Part shown: positions 8,929-19,208 of the stretch, piece by piece
Position numbering within the stretch: position 1 is the stretch's first letter
How the letters are laid out: each line of letters begins with the position of its first letter
Virus record (IMG/VR): IMGVR_UViG_3300034418_011550
Coordinates: 1 to 64,000 of that record
DNA from: a virus
Direction: 5' to 3' (one strand)
Length of the DNA stretch: 64,000 nucleotides
Notes under the pieces: model-generated
Seen by the model: only the letters and a program-made list of their open reading frames with translations
The model's database searches: none
Told to the model about the DNA's origin: nothing
Made by a program: the position numbers and the translations under genes

Positions 8929-9259
8929 TTCAACTGTAATAGTTCCTATTAAAGCTTTAAGGAATGCTATGATAATGAAAGTCTCCTATGATAATTGTAG
9001 GAATGAACTTGAAGTATCTAGAGATTCTATTCGCATTCAAGATAGCATCATTAACAACCAAGATGAAACTATTGTAAATTTAGTACATCAGACTGAAGTT
9101 TGTAAAGCTAACGAAAGAAATTATGAAGAAGTTGTAGAAAATAAAGATAAAATAATCGAAATTAAAGAGGAAGAAATAATAAAGTTAAAATCTACAGTAA
9201 AAGCTTTAGCTGGAACTATTGTATTAACTGCTGTTAGCTTCATCTTAGTCTTACTATGA
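8855..9259 (+). CDS. Secreted coiled-coil protein with C-terminal hydrophobic anchor, spanin-partner-like
   Basis: Signal peptide (MKNIIVFLICLMMISSASS|Q), coiled coil, C-terminal LAGTIVLTAVSFILVLL; overlaps the upstream ORF by 74 nt. Confidence 0.45.
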   Translation: MKNIIVFLICLMMISSASSQQRSSDSTVIVPIKALRNAMIMKVSYDNCRNELEVSRDSIRIQDSIINNQDETIVNLVHQTEVCKANERNYEEVVENKDKIIEIKEEEIIKLKSTVKALAGTIVLTAVSFILVLL

Positions 9260-10830
9260 GTCAACCCGATTTAAAGAAAATAATAAGAGAAGAATATATT
9301 AAATGTGTGCAAGATCCAGCACACTTTATGAAAAAATACTGTAACATTCAACACCCTCAAAGAGGTAGAGTAGTATTTAATTTATATCCTTTTCAAGATA
9401 AAGTTTTAAATCTTTGGAAAAATCATCCTTATTCTGTTGTTTTAAAATCTCGTCAGTTAGGTATATCAACATTAGCAGCAGGTTATTCTTTATGGTTAAT
9501 GTTATTCCATAAGGATAAAAACGTGTTATGTATTGCGACAAAACAGGAAACCGCTCGTAACATGGTTACAAAGGTTAAGTTTATGTATGATAACTTACCT
9601 TCTTGGCTTAAAATTAACGCGGATGAAAATAACAAATTATCATTACGATTAAGTAATGGTTCACAAATTAAAGCCACTTCAGCAAGTAGTGATGCAGGTC
9701 GATCAGAAGCCGTTTCTTTGCTGATAGTGGATGAGGCAGCTTTCATTGAACAAATTGGAGAAATATGGGCATCAGCACAACAAACACTAGCAACGGGTGG
9801 TGGAGCAATAGTACTTTCAACACCGTATGGAACTGGAAACTGGTTCCATCAGACATGGAGCAAAGCAGAGTCAGGAGAAAACGACTTTTTACCAATCAAA
9901 CTACCTTGGCACGTCCATCCAGAAAGAAATGAAGACTGGAGAAAACGCCAAGATGAATTACTAGGTGATCCTAGATTAGCAGCTCAAGAATGTGACTGTG
10001 ACTTTAGTACTTCTGGTGATGTAGTATTTTATCCTGAATGGATAGAATTTTTAAATCAAACTACTATTAAAGAACCTTTAGAAAGAAGAGGAGCTGACCA
10101 AAATCTATGGATTTGGGAACCAGCTGATTATTCTAGAGAATATATGGTTGTGGCAGACGTAGCTAGAGGTGATGGTAAAGACTCTTCTGCTTGTCATATA
10201 ATTGATATAGCAACTAATACACAAGTAGCTGAATATAAAGGTCAATTGCCGCCTAAAGAATATGGTTACTTTTTAACAGGTTTAGCTACTGAATATAATA
10301 ATGCTATGCTTGTTGTTGAAAACGCCTCAATTGGTTGGGCTACAATAGACGCTATTATTGAAAGAGGATATAGAAATCTATACCACTCACCTAAATCAGA
10401 TCAATTAACAGCTGAATCCTATTTAAGGGTATTTGAAGGTACTTCAGATATGACTCCTGGATTTACAATGTCTTTAAGAACAAGACCATTAGTTGTAAAC
10501 AAATTTAGAGAATATGTTGGTGACAAAAGTGTGACTATTCGCTCAAAACGATTAGTAGAAGAAATGAAAGTATTCATTTGGAAAAATGGTCGACCAGAAG
10601 CTCAAACAGGATACAACGATGACTTGGTTATGTCATTTGGGATCGGTATGTTCCTACGAGACACGTCACTTAAGTTTCAACAACATTCTCAAGATATGAC
10701 TAGAGCAGCTTTAGGTAATTTTTCAAAAGGAACCACTCCATTTAAAGGAGCATATGGGTCTAACAATATTCCTAATCCTTACTCTATACAAACTAGAGAT
10801 GGAGAGGAAAACATTAGCTGGCTTTTGTAA
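9256..10830 (+). CDS. terL: Terminase large subunit (T4 gp17-like)
   Basis: KSRQLGISTL Walker A, LLIVDEAAF Walker B, LSTPYG, nuclease VADVARG and DDLVMS. Confidence 0.95.
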   Translation: MSQPDLKKIIREEYIKCVQDPAHFMKKYCNIQHPQRGRVVFNLYPFQDKVLNLWKNHPYSVVLKSRQLGISTLAAGYSLWLMLFHKDKNVLCIATKQETARNMVTKVKFMYDNLPSWLKINADENNKLSLRLSNGSQIKATSASSDAGRSEAVSLLIVDEAAFIEQIGEIWASAQQTLATGGGAIVLSTPYGTGNWFHQTWSKAESGENDFLPIKLPWHVHPERNEDWRKRQDELLGDPRLAAQECDCDFSTSGDVVFYPEWIEFLNQTTIKEPLERRGADQNLWIWEPADYSREYMVVADVARGDGKDSSACHIIDIATNTQVAEYKGQLPPKEYGYFLTGLATEYNNAMLVVENASIGWATIDAIIERGYRNLYHSPKSDQLTAESYLRVFEGTSDMTPGFTMSLRTRPLVVNKFREYVGDKSVTIRSKRLVEEMKVFIWKNGRPEAQTGYNDDLVMSFGIGMFLRDTSLKFQQHSQDMTRAALGNFSKGTTPFKGAYGSNNIPNPYSIQTRDGEENISWLL

Positions 10831-10838
10831 TATTTATA
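10829..10838 (+). promoter_or_regulatory. Putative late promoter
   Basis: AATATTTATA 10 nt before the portal ATG. Confidence 0.6.
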
Positions 10839-10848
10839 ATATATTTTT

Positions 10849-12741
10849 ATGGCAGATACTACTTTATTTAAACGTTTACAAAGATTATTTTCAACTGATG
10901 TAATTATTAGAAATCAGGGTGGAAATGAGCTTAAAGTTTTAGACGTTGATAGCATCCAAAGATCAGGTGATATAGCTACTAACTCTTTGTTGGATAGATA
11001 TAATAGAATTTATTCACCTAACTCAACTTCACTTTTTGGTCAACAGTTAAATATTAACTATCAATACCTAAGAACATTCATATACTCAGACTATGATGTA
11101 ATGGATAATGATGCTATTGTAGCTTCTGCCTTGGATATTATAGCTGAAGAAAGTACTTTGAAAAATGAGATGGGAGAAGTGCTTCAAATTAGATCAAGTG
11201 ATGAAGATATTCAACAAATACTTTATAACTTGTTTTACGATGTATTAAACATTGAATTTAATTTATGGTCTTGGATTCGTCAAATGTGTAAGTATGGTGA
11301 CTTTTTCTTAAAACTAGAAATTGCTGAAAAATTTGGTGTATTTAATGTAATACCTTATCAGGCTTATAATATTGAGAGACAAGAAAACTATGACCCAGAA
11401 CATCCAAACTCAGTAAGATTTGTTTACTCACCAGAAGGATTTTATGGAGGTAGTTCAGGATATTATGGTGTACCTCAAGTACAAGCTAAAATAAAAGAAG
11501 ATAATACAATTGTTTTTGAAAATTATGAAATGGCTCATTTCCGTTTAATGACAGATGTTAACTATCTTCCGTATGGTAGAGCTTATATTGAACCTGCTCG
11601 TAGAATATTTAAACAATATTCATTAATGGAAGATGCTATGTTAATTCATAGAATCTCTCGCTCACCTGATAGACGTGTTTTCTATATTAATGTTGGTTCT
11701 ATCCCACCAAATGAAGTAGAAAACTTTATGCAGAAAACTATTTCTACTATGAAACGTACTCCATTAGTAGATAATCAAACAGGTGAATATAACTTAAAAT
11801 ATAACATGCAAAACCTAATGGAAGACTTTTATATTCCAGTTAGGGGTAATGATCAATCAACTAAAATTGAAACTTCACCTGGTTTAAATTATGATGGTAT
11901 AGCAGACGTTACTTACCTAAGAGACAAATTATTTGCCGCTCTTAAAGTACCTAAAGCTTATATGGGTTATGAAAAAGATTTAACCGGTAAAGCGACATTA
12001 GCTGCTGAAGATATTAGATTTGCTCGCACAATCGACCGTATTCAAAGAATTGTATTATCAGAGTTATATAAAATTGCTTTAATTCATTTATACACACAAG
12101 GGTATACATCTGATAATTTAACTAATTTTGAATTATCATTAACTACTCCATCTATTATCTATGATCAAGAGCGTATTGCTTTGATGAAAGAAAAAATGGA
12201 TTTAGCTTCTACAATGGCTGAAAGTAAATTAATATCAACAGATTGGATTTATGAAAACATCTTCCACTTTAGCCAGGACCAGTACGAGGAAATGAGAGAT
12301 TTGATTGTACAAGATCAAAAGCGTAAATTCCGTTTATCACAAGTTGAAGCTGAAGGTAATGATCCTTTAGAATCAGGCAAATCATATGGTACACCACATG
12401 ATTTAGCTTCTTTATATGGTCGTGGTAGATATGAAGCTACAGAATTACCGGATGGGTATGATGAAAAAGTACCTTTAGGAAGACCTAAAGAAAAAATAAC
12501 TAATAGAAACACACAAGAATCACCATTTGGTAAAGATAGATTAGGCAATCAATCATTCCTTAATCCAGATAATGAGAATGAACAAGGTTCTATTCAACCA
12601 AATTATAAAGGTGGTTCACCATTAGCTTTAGAACTTATAGCTAAAAATAAAACTTTATTAGAAAGTTTAGATAAAAAAACAGTATTCAATAAAACTAATA
12701 AAAAGAAAGATTTATTAGATGAATCTAATTTAAAGAAATAA
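10849..12741 (+). CDS. Portal protein (T4 gp20-like)
   Basis: RQMCKYGDFF, MEDAMLIHRISRSPDRRVFYINVG, EDFYIPVRG, ALKVPKAY; follows terminase. Confidence 0.93.
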   Translation: MADTTLFKRLQRLFSTDVIIRNQGGNELKVLDVDSIQRSGDIATNSLLDRYNRIYSPNSTSLFGQQLNINYQYLRTFIYSDYDVMDNDAIVASALDIIAEESTLKNEMGEVLQIRSSDEDIQQILYNLFYDVLNIEFNLWSWIRQMCKYGDFFLKLEIAEKFGVFNVIPYQAYNIERQENYDPEHPNSVRFVYSPEGFYGGSSGYYGVPQVQAKIKEDNTIVFENYEMAHFRLMTDVNYLPYGRAYIEPARRIFKQYSLMEDAMLIHRISRSPDRRVFYINVGSIPPNEVENFMQKTISTMKRTPLVDNQTGEYNLKYNMQNLMEDFYIPVRGNDQSTKIETSPGLNYDGIADVTYLRDKLFAALKVPKAYMGYEKDLTGKATLAAEDIRFARTIDRIQRIVLSELYKIALIHLYTQGYTSDNLTNFELSLTTPSIIYDQERIALMKEKMDLASTMAESKLISTDWIYENIFHFSQDQYEEMRDLIVQDQKRKFRLSQVEAEGNDPLESGKSYGTPHDLASLYGRGRYEATELPDGYDEKVPLGRPKEKITNRNTQESPFGKDRLGNQSFLNPDNENEQGSIQPNYKGGSPLALELIAKNKTLLESLDKKTVFNKTNKKKDLLDESNLKK

Positions 12742-12750
12742 AAATCCTTA

Positions 12751-12760
12751 TATATTTATA
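12751..12760 (+). promoter_or_regulatory. Putative late promoter
   Basis: TATATTTATA 14 nt before ATG 12775. Confidence 0.55.
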
Positions 12761-12774
12761 ACAAAACCTCAAGA

Positions 12775-13632
12775 ATGAATATTAAACATTCTAAGTATAA
12801 GAATACCGGCCTTTTATTTGAGCTTTTAGTAAGACAAATTACCGCTGATACTTTATCTGGTAAAGATTCTAAGGCAACCGGTATTTTAAAAAAGTACTTT
12901 GTAAAAACCGAATTAGGAAGAGAGTACAAATTATATGAAACTCTTTCCAAGCATAAAAATATTACTGAAGGTAAAGCGGAGATTATTATTAACACAATAG
13001 TTGAGTCTTCTAAAGACCTTAATAGAGGAGCTTTAAAAAGACAAAAATATAACCTTATCAGTGAAATCCAAAAACACTATAATTTAGAAGAATTTTTTAA
13101 AACTAAATTACCTAACTATAAAGTATTTGCTTCTTTATATACTTTATTAGAGGTTTATAATAGTGAAAATTTATCTAATCCAGACCAAATTATTGACAAT
13201 AAAATGTCTCTTTTAGAGCATTTAACTTCTAAAAATATTAAAAAACAAAAAGTAGAAGACGAATTGTTAGAAGAATTTAAGTCTTATGATAAAGATTTAC
13301 GTATTCTAACTTACAAAGTAATGTTAGAAAAATTCAATGGTAAGTATGAGTCATTAAATGACAATCAGAAGATTGTTTTAAAAGAATTTATTAATTCAGT
13401 TGACTCAACTCCAAAATTAAGAGAATTTTATAACAGTAAAGTTGGAGAAATTAAAGAAGAAATAAATAAATTATCTAAAAAAGTTACTGATAAAGCTGTT
13501 CAGATTAAATTAAATGAGGTAACTAACTTACTTTCTCCATTAAGTAAAACAGCCAATGTTGGTAACGATAACTTAGTTAATTTATTACAATATTTTGAAT
13601 TGTTAGAAGAATTAACTAAAGTTCATGGCTAA
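12775..13632 (+). CDS. Hypothetical head-morphogenesis protein
   Basis: 285-aa helical protein (KHSKYKNTGLLFELLVRQ) between portal and protease. Confidence 0.65.
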   Translation: MNIKHSKYKNTGLLFELLVRQITADTLSGKDSKATGILKKYFVKTELGREYKLYETLSKHKNITEGKAEIIINTIVESSKDLNRGALKRQKYNLISEIQKHYNLEEFFKTKLPNYKVFASLYTLLEVYNSENLSNPDQIIDNKMSLLEHLTSKNIKKQKVEDELLEEFKSYDKDLRILTYKVMLEKFNGKYESLNDNQKIVLKEFINSVDSTPKLREFYNSKVGEIKEEINKLSKKVTDKAVQIKLNEVTNLLSPLSKTANVGNDNLVNLLQYFELLEELTKVHG

Positions 13633-14545
13633 TTACAAGTATAAATTAAAAGAGGCTGACGGAGTACTTAAACCAAAAGACGTTGATCCTGAATTAATAT
13701 CTAGGATTGAAAGACGTTATGGTAAAGTTGACTTCAAAAATGACTTTTTTAATGATACTTTAAGTACTTACTTTAAAGCAGTTAATGTTAATAATGAAAC
13801 TGGTAATATAGACCATAAAATAATTAAATTAGCTAACTTTGGAGATGCTTTAAGAGAAATGTCTGAAGCAGTTAAAGCTTTAACAGACTTATCTAAAACA
13901 GCAGATGGCAAAGCTGATCCTAAACTATCAGTGTTAGCCCAAGATGCCCGTAATGTATTTAATAAATTTAGAACACATATTAGAAAGGAATATCCTGAAC
14001 AATATGTTACTATTAAAAATTTATTAGATGAAATGAGTATGACAGGAGGAGGAGCAGGAGGTGCTCACTTTACTTCTGGTACTGAAGGAGCTAATTATGC
14101 TACCAAATATGCTTTTGGTAAAAAGAAAAAGAAAATAGAAGAAGGTCCTGGAGCAACATTTGGCCCTGGTCCATCTGCTGGCCCTGAAGGTGTTACTAAT
14201 AACACTTATGTTAAAAACTTTAAGTATAAATTAGTTGATAAAAAAGCTTTAAATAAAGCCGCTAAAGGTATTGAAGTAAAACAACTTTGGGAAGATACAG
14301 ATGTTGAAACCTATTTAAAAGACGCTAACATAAATAAAGACTCTAATAAAAAATTTATTGGTGGTCGAGTATTAGCATTTGATACAATTGAAAAACAATT
14401 AAACGAGTTAATTCCATTATTACAACAAGCAAAACATAAAACTTTGGATTTTTATAAACAAAATCCAGACTCGTTTAACGTTGTATATGGAACTGATTTA
14501 GCACAAGATTATTTAAAAGATATAATAGAACTATTTAAAGACTAA
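13625..14545 (+). CDS. Hypothetical modular protein, probable internal head protein
   Basis: LKE|AD, LDE|MS, IEE|GP, LWE|DT sites separate short Gly-rich or basic modules. Confidence 0.6.
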   Translation: MANYKYKLKEADGVLKPKDVDPELISRIERRYGKVDFKNDFFNDTLSTYFKAVNVNNETGNIDHKIIKLANFGDALREMSEAVKALTDLSKTADGKADPKLSVLAQDARNVFNKFRTHIRKEYPEQYVTIKNLLDEMSMTGGGAGGAHFTSGTEGANYATKYAFGKKKKKIEEGPGATFGPGPSAGPEGVTNNTYVKNFKYKLVDKKALNKAAKGIEVKQLWEDTDVETYLKDANINKDSNKKFIGGRVLAFDTIEKQLNELIPLLQQAKHKTLDFYKQNPDSFNVVYGTDLAQDYLKDIIELFKD

Positions 14546-14548
14546 AAT

Positions 14549-14785
14549 ATGGCAAACATACCAGTAAACCCAACCGCCCTTTATACTTCAACTACAGCAA
14601 CAGGTAGTTTTGCTGGATTTACAGTAGTATCAGGCTCAAGCGCTGTTATTACAGGGCTAAAAGATTATCAAGGTCAAGTATTAGCAACAGCTGCTGCTCC
14701 TATGATTATCCCTGCAGGACATACAATTCCTGTTTATGTAACTAGTGCTTCTTTATCTACAGGAGCAATTTTACTTTATCCATAA
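14549..14785 (+). CDS. Small beta-rich virion protein (possible head decoration)
   Basis: 78 aa, S/T/G/A-rich, within the head cluster. Confidence 0.5.
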   Translation: MANIPVNPTALYTSTTATGSFAGFTVVSGSSAVITGLKDYQGQVLATAAAPMIIPAGHTIPVYVTSASLSTGAILLYP

Positions 14786-14793
14786 TATTTATA
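14784..14793 (+). promoter_or_regulatory. Putative late promoter
   Basis: AATATTTATA 4 nt before ATG 14798. Confidence 0.65.
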
Positions 14794-14797
14794 ACAT

Positions 14798-15349
14798 ATG
14801 GCAACGCTACAACAACAATATAACTTAATTAAAGAAGGCAAAGGAGATAAAAACTTTTTCCTTAAACAAGCCATGAACCAATTCCCAGAGTTTATAACTG
14901 TACATAATACATTTGATCAAACAGTTAATATTTTAAAAGGTAAAAGTATTATCTCTGAAGGAGCAGGTGGTGTAACTACTGGTAGAAAAGATTGGTTTAA
15001 AATCTTTGAAGCTGAAGTTAAAGCCCATAATAAAGAAACTGAAAAAGAATTAGTTGATTTAGAAACTAAAAACTTTGACTATAAAGATAAAAAGAACATT
15101 GATAATGTTTATGGTCAATCTTTCTTGATTGGTTATTTAGCTGAAATGGGTGATCCTAAAAATGCTAAAAAAACAGTAGATGAATTAAAAGCTATTGTGG
15201 CTAAAAATATGGCTAAAGATGCTAACTACTACGCTAAAAATGGTATGTTTGGTGTTAAAGGAATTGGTTTAGAAACTTCAACCGAACCTAAAGCACCTAA
15301 AGGTAAATACAAAGCAAGTGGTTACGGTGATTTAGACAAGAAAAAATAA
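14798..15349 (+). CDS. Hypothetical head-associated protein
   Basis: IKE|G, ISE|G, IFE|A sites; TAATG-coupled to the protease. Confidence 0.6.
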   Translation: MATLQQQYNLIKEGKGDKNFFLKQAMNQFPEFITVHNTFDQTVNILKGKSIISEGAGGVTTGRKDWFKIFEAEVKAHNKETEKELVDLETKNFDYKDKKNIDNVYGQSFLIGYLAEMGDPKNAKKTVDELKAIVAKNMAKDANYYAKNGMFGVKGIGLETSTEPKAPKGKYKASGYGDLDKKK

Positions 15350-15954
15350 TGAAACAAGTATTAATTGAAACTATACCATTTACAGTTGGTCGTACCCAAT
15401 TGCATGAAGGAATGAAAGCCCCATCAGGTAATCCTTTAGTTGAAGGTATTTTAGCAACTGCTGAAGTAAAAAATGGTAATGGTAGATATTATGCTAAAGA
15501 GTTATGGGAAAGAGAAATTGATAAATATCAAGAACTTATTAGAGAAAATAGATCAACAGGTGAATTAGACCATCCTGAATCTTCTATTATTTCTCTTAAA
15601 AATGTCTCTCATATTATTAGAGAATGCTGGTGGGATGGAGATAAAGTAATAGGTAAAATAGAAATATTGCCTACCACCTCTGGAAATATTTTAAAAGCAC
15701 TTATTGATAATAATGTAACAGTAGGTGTATCATCTCGTGGAATGGGTTCATTAAAAGAAATTAGTGAAGGCACATTAGAAGTACAAGATGATTTTGAATT
15801 ACTATGTTGGGACTTCGTATCAACACCTTCAAATCCAGGCTCATATATGCACCTAGTTAAAGAAGGTAAAGAAGTTAATACATACCAATATGGTAAAGTT
15901 AACGGATTGTTATCCGAAATTCTTTGCGCAAACGGTTCTTGTCCTGTTTTTTAA
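15349..15954 (+). CDS. Prohead core protease (T4 gp21-like)
   Basis: NGNGRYY, GELDHP, GVSSRGMGSL, WDFVSTPS. Confidence 0.92.
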   Translation: MKQVLIETIPFTVGRTQLHEGMKAPSGNPLVEGILATAEVKNGNGRYYAKELWEREIDKYQELIRENRSTGELDHPESSIISLKNVSHIIRECWWDGDKVIGKIEILPTTSGNILKALIDNNVTVGVSSRGMGSLKEISEGTLEVQDDFELLCWDFVSTPSNPGSYMHLVKEGKEVNTYQYGKVNGLLSEILCANGSCPVF

Positions 15955-15981
15955 ACCCTTTGCGATTTTAAAAAATCTTTA

Positions 15982-16071
15982 TATACGTATACCTGACAAT
16001 ATGCCATTTTCTATATGGCATCAAGATTTTTAATATCTATTACGCTTCGACATTAGTCAATAATAAGCGTA
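15982..16071 (+). promoter_or_regulatory. Structured 5' leader of scaffold/capsid operon
   Basis: Palindrome TATACGTATA (15982-91), hairpins ATGCCAT/ATGGCAT (16001-21) and TACGCTT/AAGCGTA (16041-71). Confidence 0.45.
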
Positions 16072-16112
16072 CTTCCAACACAATTTAATTGAGGAAAAAA
16101 CTAAAAAAAAGT

Positions 16113-17441
16113 ATGGCAAACAGAGACTTACTCAAAGAAGCCATTGCCGATGCCAAAGCTGTTAAGGAAACAGCCATCGCCAATGCAAAGGCTGCTCTTG
16201 AAGAAGCTTTTAGTCCTATGCTCCGTGAAAAGTTAGCTGCAAAGATAGCTGAAATGGACAAAATGGATGAAGCTGAAGAAGAAGTAACCGAAATGAAAGA
16301 AAAGGAAATCGAGGAAACTTACGACATGGATGAAGCGTATGACATGGATGAAGCCAAAGAAGAAATGAAAGAAGGCGAAGACATGGAAGAAGCAGAAGAC
16401 ATGAACGAGATGGACCTTGATGAACTTTTAAGAGAACTTGAAGACATGGATGAAAATGAAGAAATGTCTGAAGGTGAAGAAGAAGATTTAATGGAAGCTG
16501 AAGACGAAGAAGAAGGCGAAGAAACTGAAGAAACTGAAGAAGAAATCGACCTTGAAAACATGTCTGAAGACGACCTTAAAAAATTCATCGAAGATGTAAT
16601 CGCTGACATGGTTGAAGCTGGCGAATTAGAAGCTGGTGAAGGTATGGAAAGCGAAGAAGAAGATGAAGAAGAAGAAGGTGAAGAAGAAGTAGAAATTAAC
16701 GAACGTAAAAAGTACGGTGGTAACAAAGGTGATGTTCCTGCCTCTAAACGTGGTGACAAAAAAGACACTGCTGAAGAAGAGGGTGTTGAAGACTACAAAA
16801 AGAAAATGAAAGAAAACAAAGAACCAGTAAATGAAGTAGTAATGAGTACTGCTCTTCTTATGGCTGCAGGAATTATCTCAGGCCTTGTAGGTGCCGGTGT
16901 GATAACTACTAGTGTAAGCAAAAGGATGGATATCAAGAAAAAGACAGCAGAACTTATTGCAAACGGTATGCCTCCAGAAGAAGCAGCTAAAGAAGCTATT
17001 AAATTTGTTAAAGCTGACTACGATAAACCAGCTTATGGTACTGGTACTAGAGGAGGATTTAACCCTGGATCTAATCTTGAAGAAGATGAAAAAGAGTTAA
17101 ATGAAGCTTACAACACTATTAAAACCATTAAAAAAGAATTAGCTGAAGTTAACTTATTCAACGCAAAACTTCTTTACACTAACAAAATCTTCAAATCTAA
17201 AAACTTGACTGAAAGTCAAAAGGTTAAAGTATTAGCTGCTTTTGATAAAGCTGCTAGTGTTGAGGAAGCTAAATTAGTATTTGAAACTTTATCTGAAGGA
17301 TTCACTACTAAGAGAGCTCCTATGAATGAGTCATTAATCCGTGGTGGTGCCTCTAAAGCTGCTGGTGTAGCTACTAAGAAGCCAATTATGGAAGCTAATG
17401 ACCAGGTTGCTAGATGGCAAAAATTAGCCGGTATTAAATAA
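16113..17441 (+). CDS. Prohead scaffold/core protein (gp22-like)
   Basis: Very acidic, between protease and MCP; start moved to ATG 16113 (MANRDLLKEAIADAKAVKETAIANAK); C-terminal VNLFNAKLLYTNK and RWQKLAGI. Confidence 0.8.
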   Translation: MANRDLLKEAIADAKAVKETAIANAKAALEEAFSPMLREKLAAKIAEMDKMDEAEEEVTEMKEKEIEETYDMDEAYDMDEAKEEMKEGEDMEEAEDMNEMDLDELLRELEDMDENEEMSEGEEEDLMEAEDEEEGEETEETEEEIDLENMSEDDLKKFIEDVIADMVEAGELEAGEGMESEEEDEEEEGEEEVEINERKKYGGNKGDVPASKRGDKKDTAEEEGVEDYKKKMKENKEPVNEVVMSTALLMAAGIISGLVGAGVITTSVSKRMDIKKKTAELIANGMPPEEAAKEAIKFVKADYDKPAYGTGTRGGFNPGSNLEEDEKELNEAYNTIKTIKKELAEVNLFNAKLLYTNKIFKSKNLTESQKVKVLAAFDKAASVEEAKLVFETLSEGFTTKRAPMNESLIRGGASKAAGVATKKPIMEANDQVARWQKLAGIK

Positions 17442-17467
17442 AAAACAAAAAATAAAAAACAAAAACA

Positions 17468-19138
17468 ATGTCACAAGTACAACAATTATTAGAGAGCGCT
17501 GCAGGTTCTTGGAAGAATTTGCAAAGCGACGCAGCCAAATTGGCTGGTAAGTGGACTAAGACTGGTTTGTTGGAAGGTTTAGGCGAGATTGAGAAAAATA
17601 ACATGTCAGTCTTGTTGGAAAACCAAGCCAAGCAATTAGTAACTGAAACACAAAACATCATTTCTACTAACTCATATTTCACTTCTGGTACTCAGGGTGA
17701 GAACTGGGCTGGTATTGCTTTACCATTAGTACGTAAGGTATTCGGAACTATCGTAGCTAAAGAATTTGTTAGTGTTCAACCAATGAACATGCCTTCAGGT
17801 CTTGTGTTCTTCTTGGATTTCCAATATGGAGATACTAAGAACCCATTCACTGCTGGTGATTCTTTATATGGTACTAGAAACGCTTCTGGTCAGTTCCCAT
17901 TCCAAACTACTGAAACTGCTGGTGGTTTGTATGGTACAGGTAGGTTTACTTACTCAACTAACCAAACTTCATCTGTAGTAACTGTAACTTCAGCTTCAAA
18001 CTTCAGTTCAGCTTCTTTCCAAGATGTGAACTTTGATACTGATTACTCAGCTTCTGTAGCTAGAGGTGAGATCAAGAAAATTGCTATCTCTGCTTCAACT
18101 ACTAACTTAGCTGACTTCGATCCAGATGCTGTACGTGGTTTCATTATCACTTCAGGTTCAGAAATCGTTGCTGCTGATAACTTACAACAGTTCGCTACTT
18201 ACGATTACACTAACAACACTATTAACTTCTTTGTAACTGCTTCAGTTGCTGAATTGAATCCACCAGCCGGTGTTGGTGCTATGACAATCTTCTACAACAA
18301 GAAAACTGAAGATCGTTACAGAGGTGATTTTGAAGATTCAAGCTCATACGCTGTTCCAAACGCTGCTTCTGCAACTACTATCTCTATCCCACAGATTAAC
18401 GTTAAGATGCAGTCACAAGCTATCACTGCTAAAACTAAGAAGTTGAAGGCTGTATGGACTCCTGAGTTTGCTCAAGACTTAGCTGCTTACCAGAACATCG
18501 ATGCTGAAGCTGAATTGACTAACATCATGAGTGAGTACATTTCAATGGAAATTGATTTGGAAATCTTAGATATGTTGATCGAAGATGCTGCTGCTGGAAC
18601 TGAGTACTGGTCAGCTGTAAACAACACTGTAATTTCTGGTTCATTGCCAACTACTTTATCTTCAGGTTTCTACAACACTCAAGGTCAGTGGTTTGCTACT
18701 TTAGGAACTAAGTTACAGAAATTGTCTAACAAGATTCACCAGTTGACTTTGAGAGGCGGAGCTAACTTCTTAGTTACTTCTCCAACTGTAGCTACTATCT
18801 TGGAATCAATCCCAGGATTTGCTGCTAACTCAAACGGTGATGCCGCTCAAATGGAATACGCTTTCGGTGTACAGAAAGTTGGTGCCTTGAATAACAGATA
18901 CACTGTTTATAAGAACCCATACATGACTGAAAACTTGATCTTGATGGGCTACAAAGGTTCACAATTCTTGGAAACTGGTGCTGTATTTGCTCCATACATT
19001 CCATTGATCATGACTCCATTAGTGTACGATCCTGATACCTTCACTCCACGTAAAGGTTTATTGACTCGTTACGCTAAGAAGATGTTACGTCCTGAATTCT
19101 ACGCTAAGGTGTATGTTCACGGATTAAACACTATCTAA
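17468..19138 (+). CDS. Major capsid protein (T4 gp23-like)
   Basis: LPLVRKVF, VSVQPMNMPSGLVFFLDF, KTKKLKAVWTPEFAQDL, FAPYIPL, FTPRKGLLTRY; highly expressed codon bias. Confidence 0.96.
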   Translation: MSQVQQLLESAAGSWKNLQSDAAKLAGKWTKTGLLEGLGEIEKNNMSVLLENQAKQLVTETQNIISTNSYFTSGTQGENWAGIALPLVRKVFGTIVAKEFVSVQPMNMPSGLVFFLDFQYGDTKNPFTAGDSLYGTRNASGQFPFQTTETAGGLYGTGRFTYSTNQTSSVVTVTSASNFSSASFQDVNFDTDYSASVARGEIKKIAISASTTNLADFDPDAVRGFIITSGSEIVAADNLQQFATYDYTNNTINFFVTASVAELNPPAGVGAMTIFYNKKTEDRYRGDFEDSSSYAVPNAASATTISIPQINVKMQSQAITAKTKKLKAVWTPEFAQDLAAYQNIDAEAELTNIMSEYISMEIDLEILDMLIEDAAAGTEYWSAVNNTVISGSLPTTLSSGFYNTQGQWFATLGTKLQKLSNKIHQLTLRGGANFLVTSPTVATILESIPGFAANSNGDAAQMEYAFGVQKVGALNNRYTVYKNPYMTENLILMGYKGSQFLETGAVFAPYIPLIMTPLVYDPDTFTPRKGLLTRYAKKMLRPEFYAKVYVHGLNTI

Positions 19139-19162
19139 TAATTAGATTAGAGTCTATAAAGA

Positions 19163-19193
19163 AAGGCCTAGGTTTTCCTAGGCCTTCTTTGTT
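19163..19193 (+). terminator. Rho-independent terminator after MCP
   Basis: AAGGCCTAGG-tttt-CCTAGGCCTT then CTTTGTT. Confidence 0.85.
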
Positions 19194-19208
19194 TCTAGGT
19201 ACCTACTA

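Noticed and set aside
16319-16768. Poly-Ser minus-strand ORF
   Set aside because: Antisense of the GAA-rich acidic scaffold.
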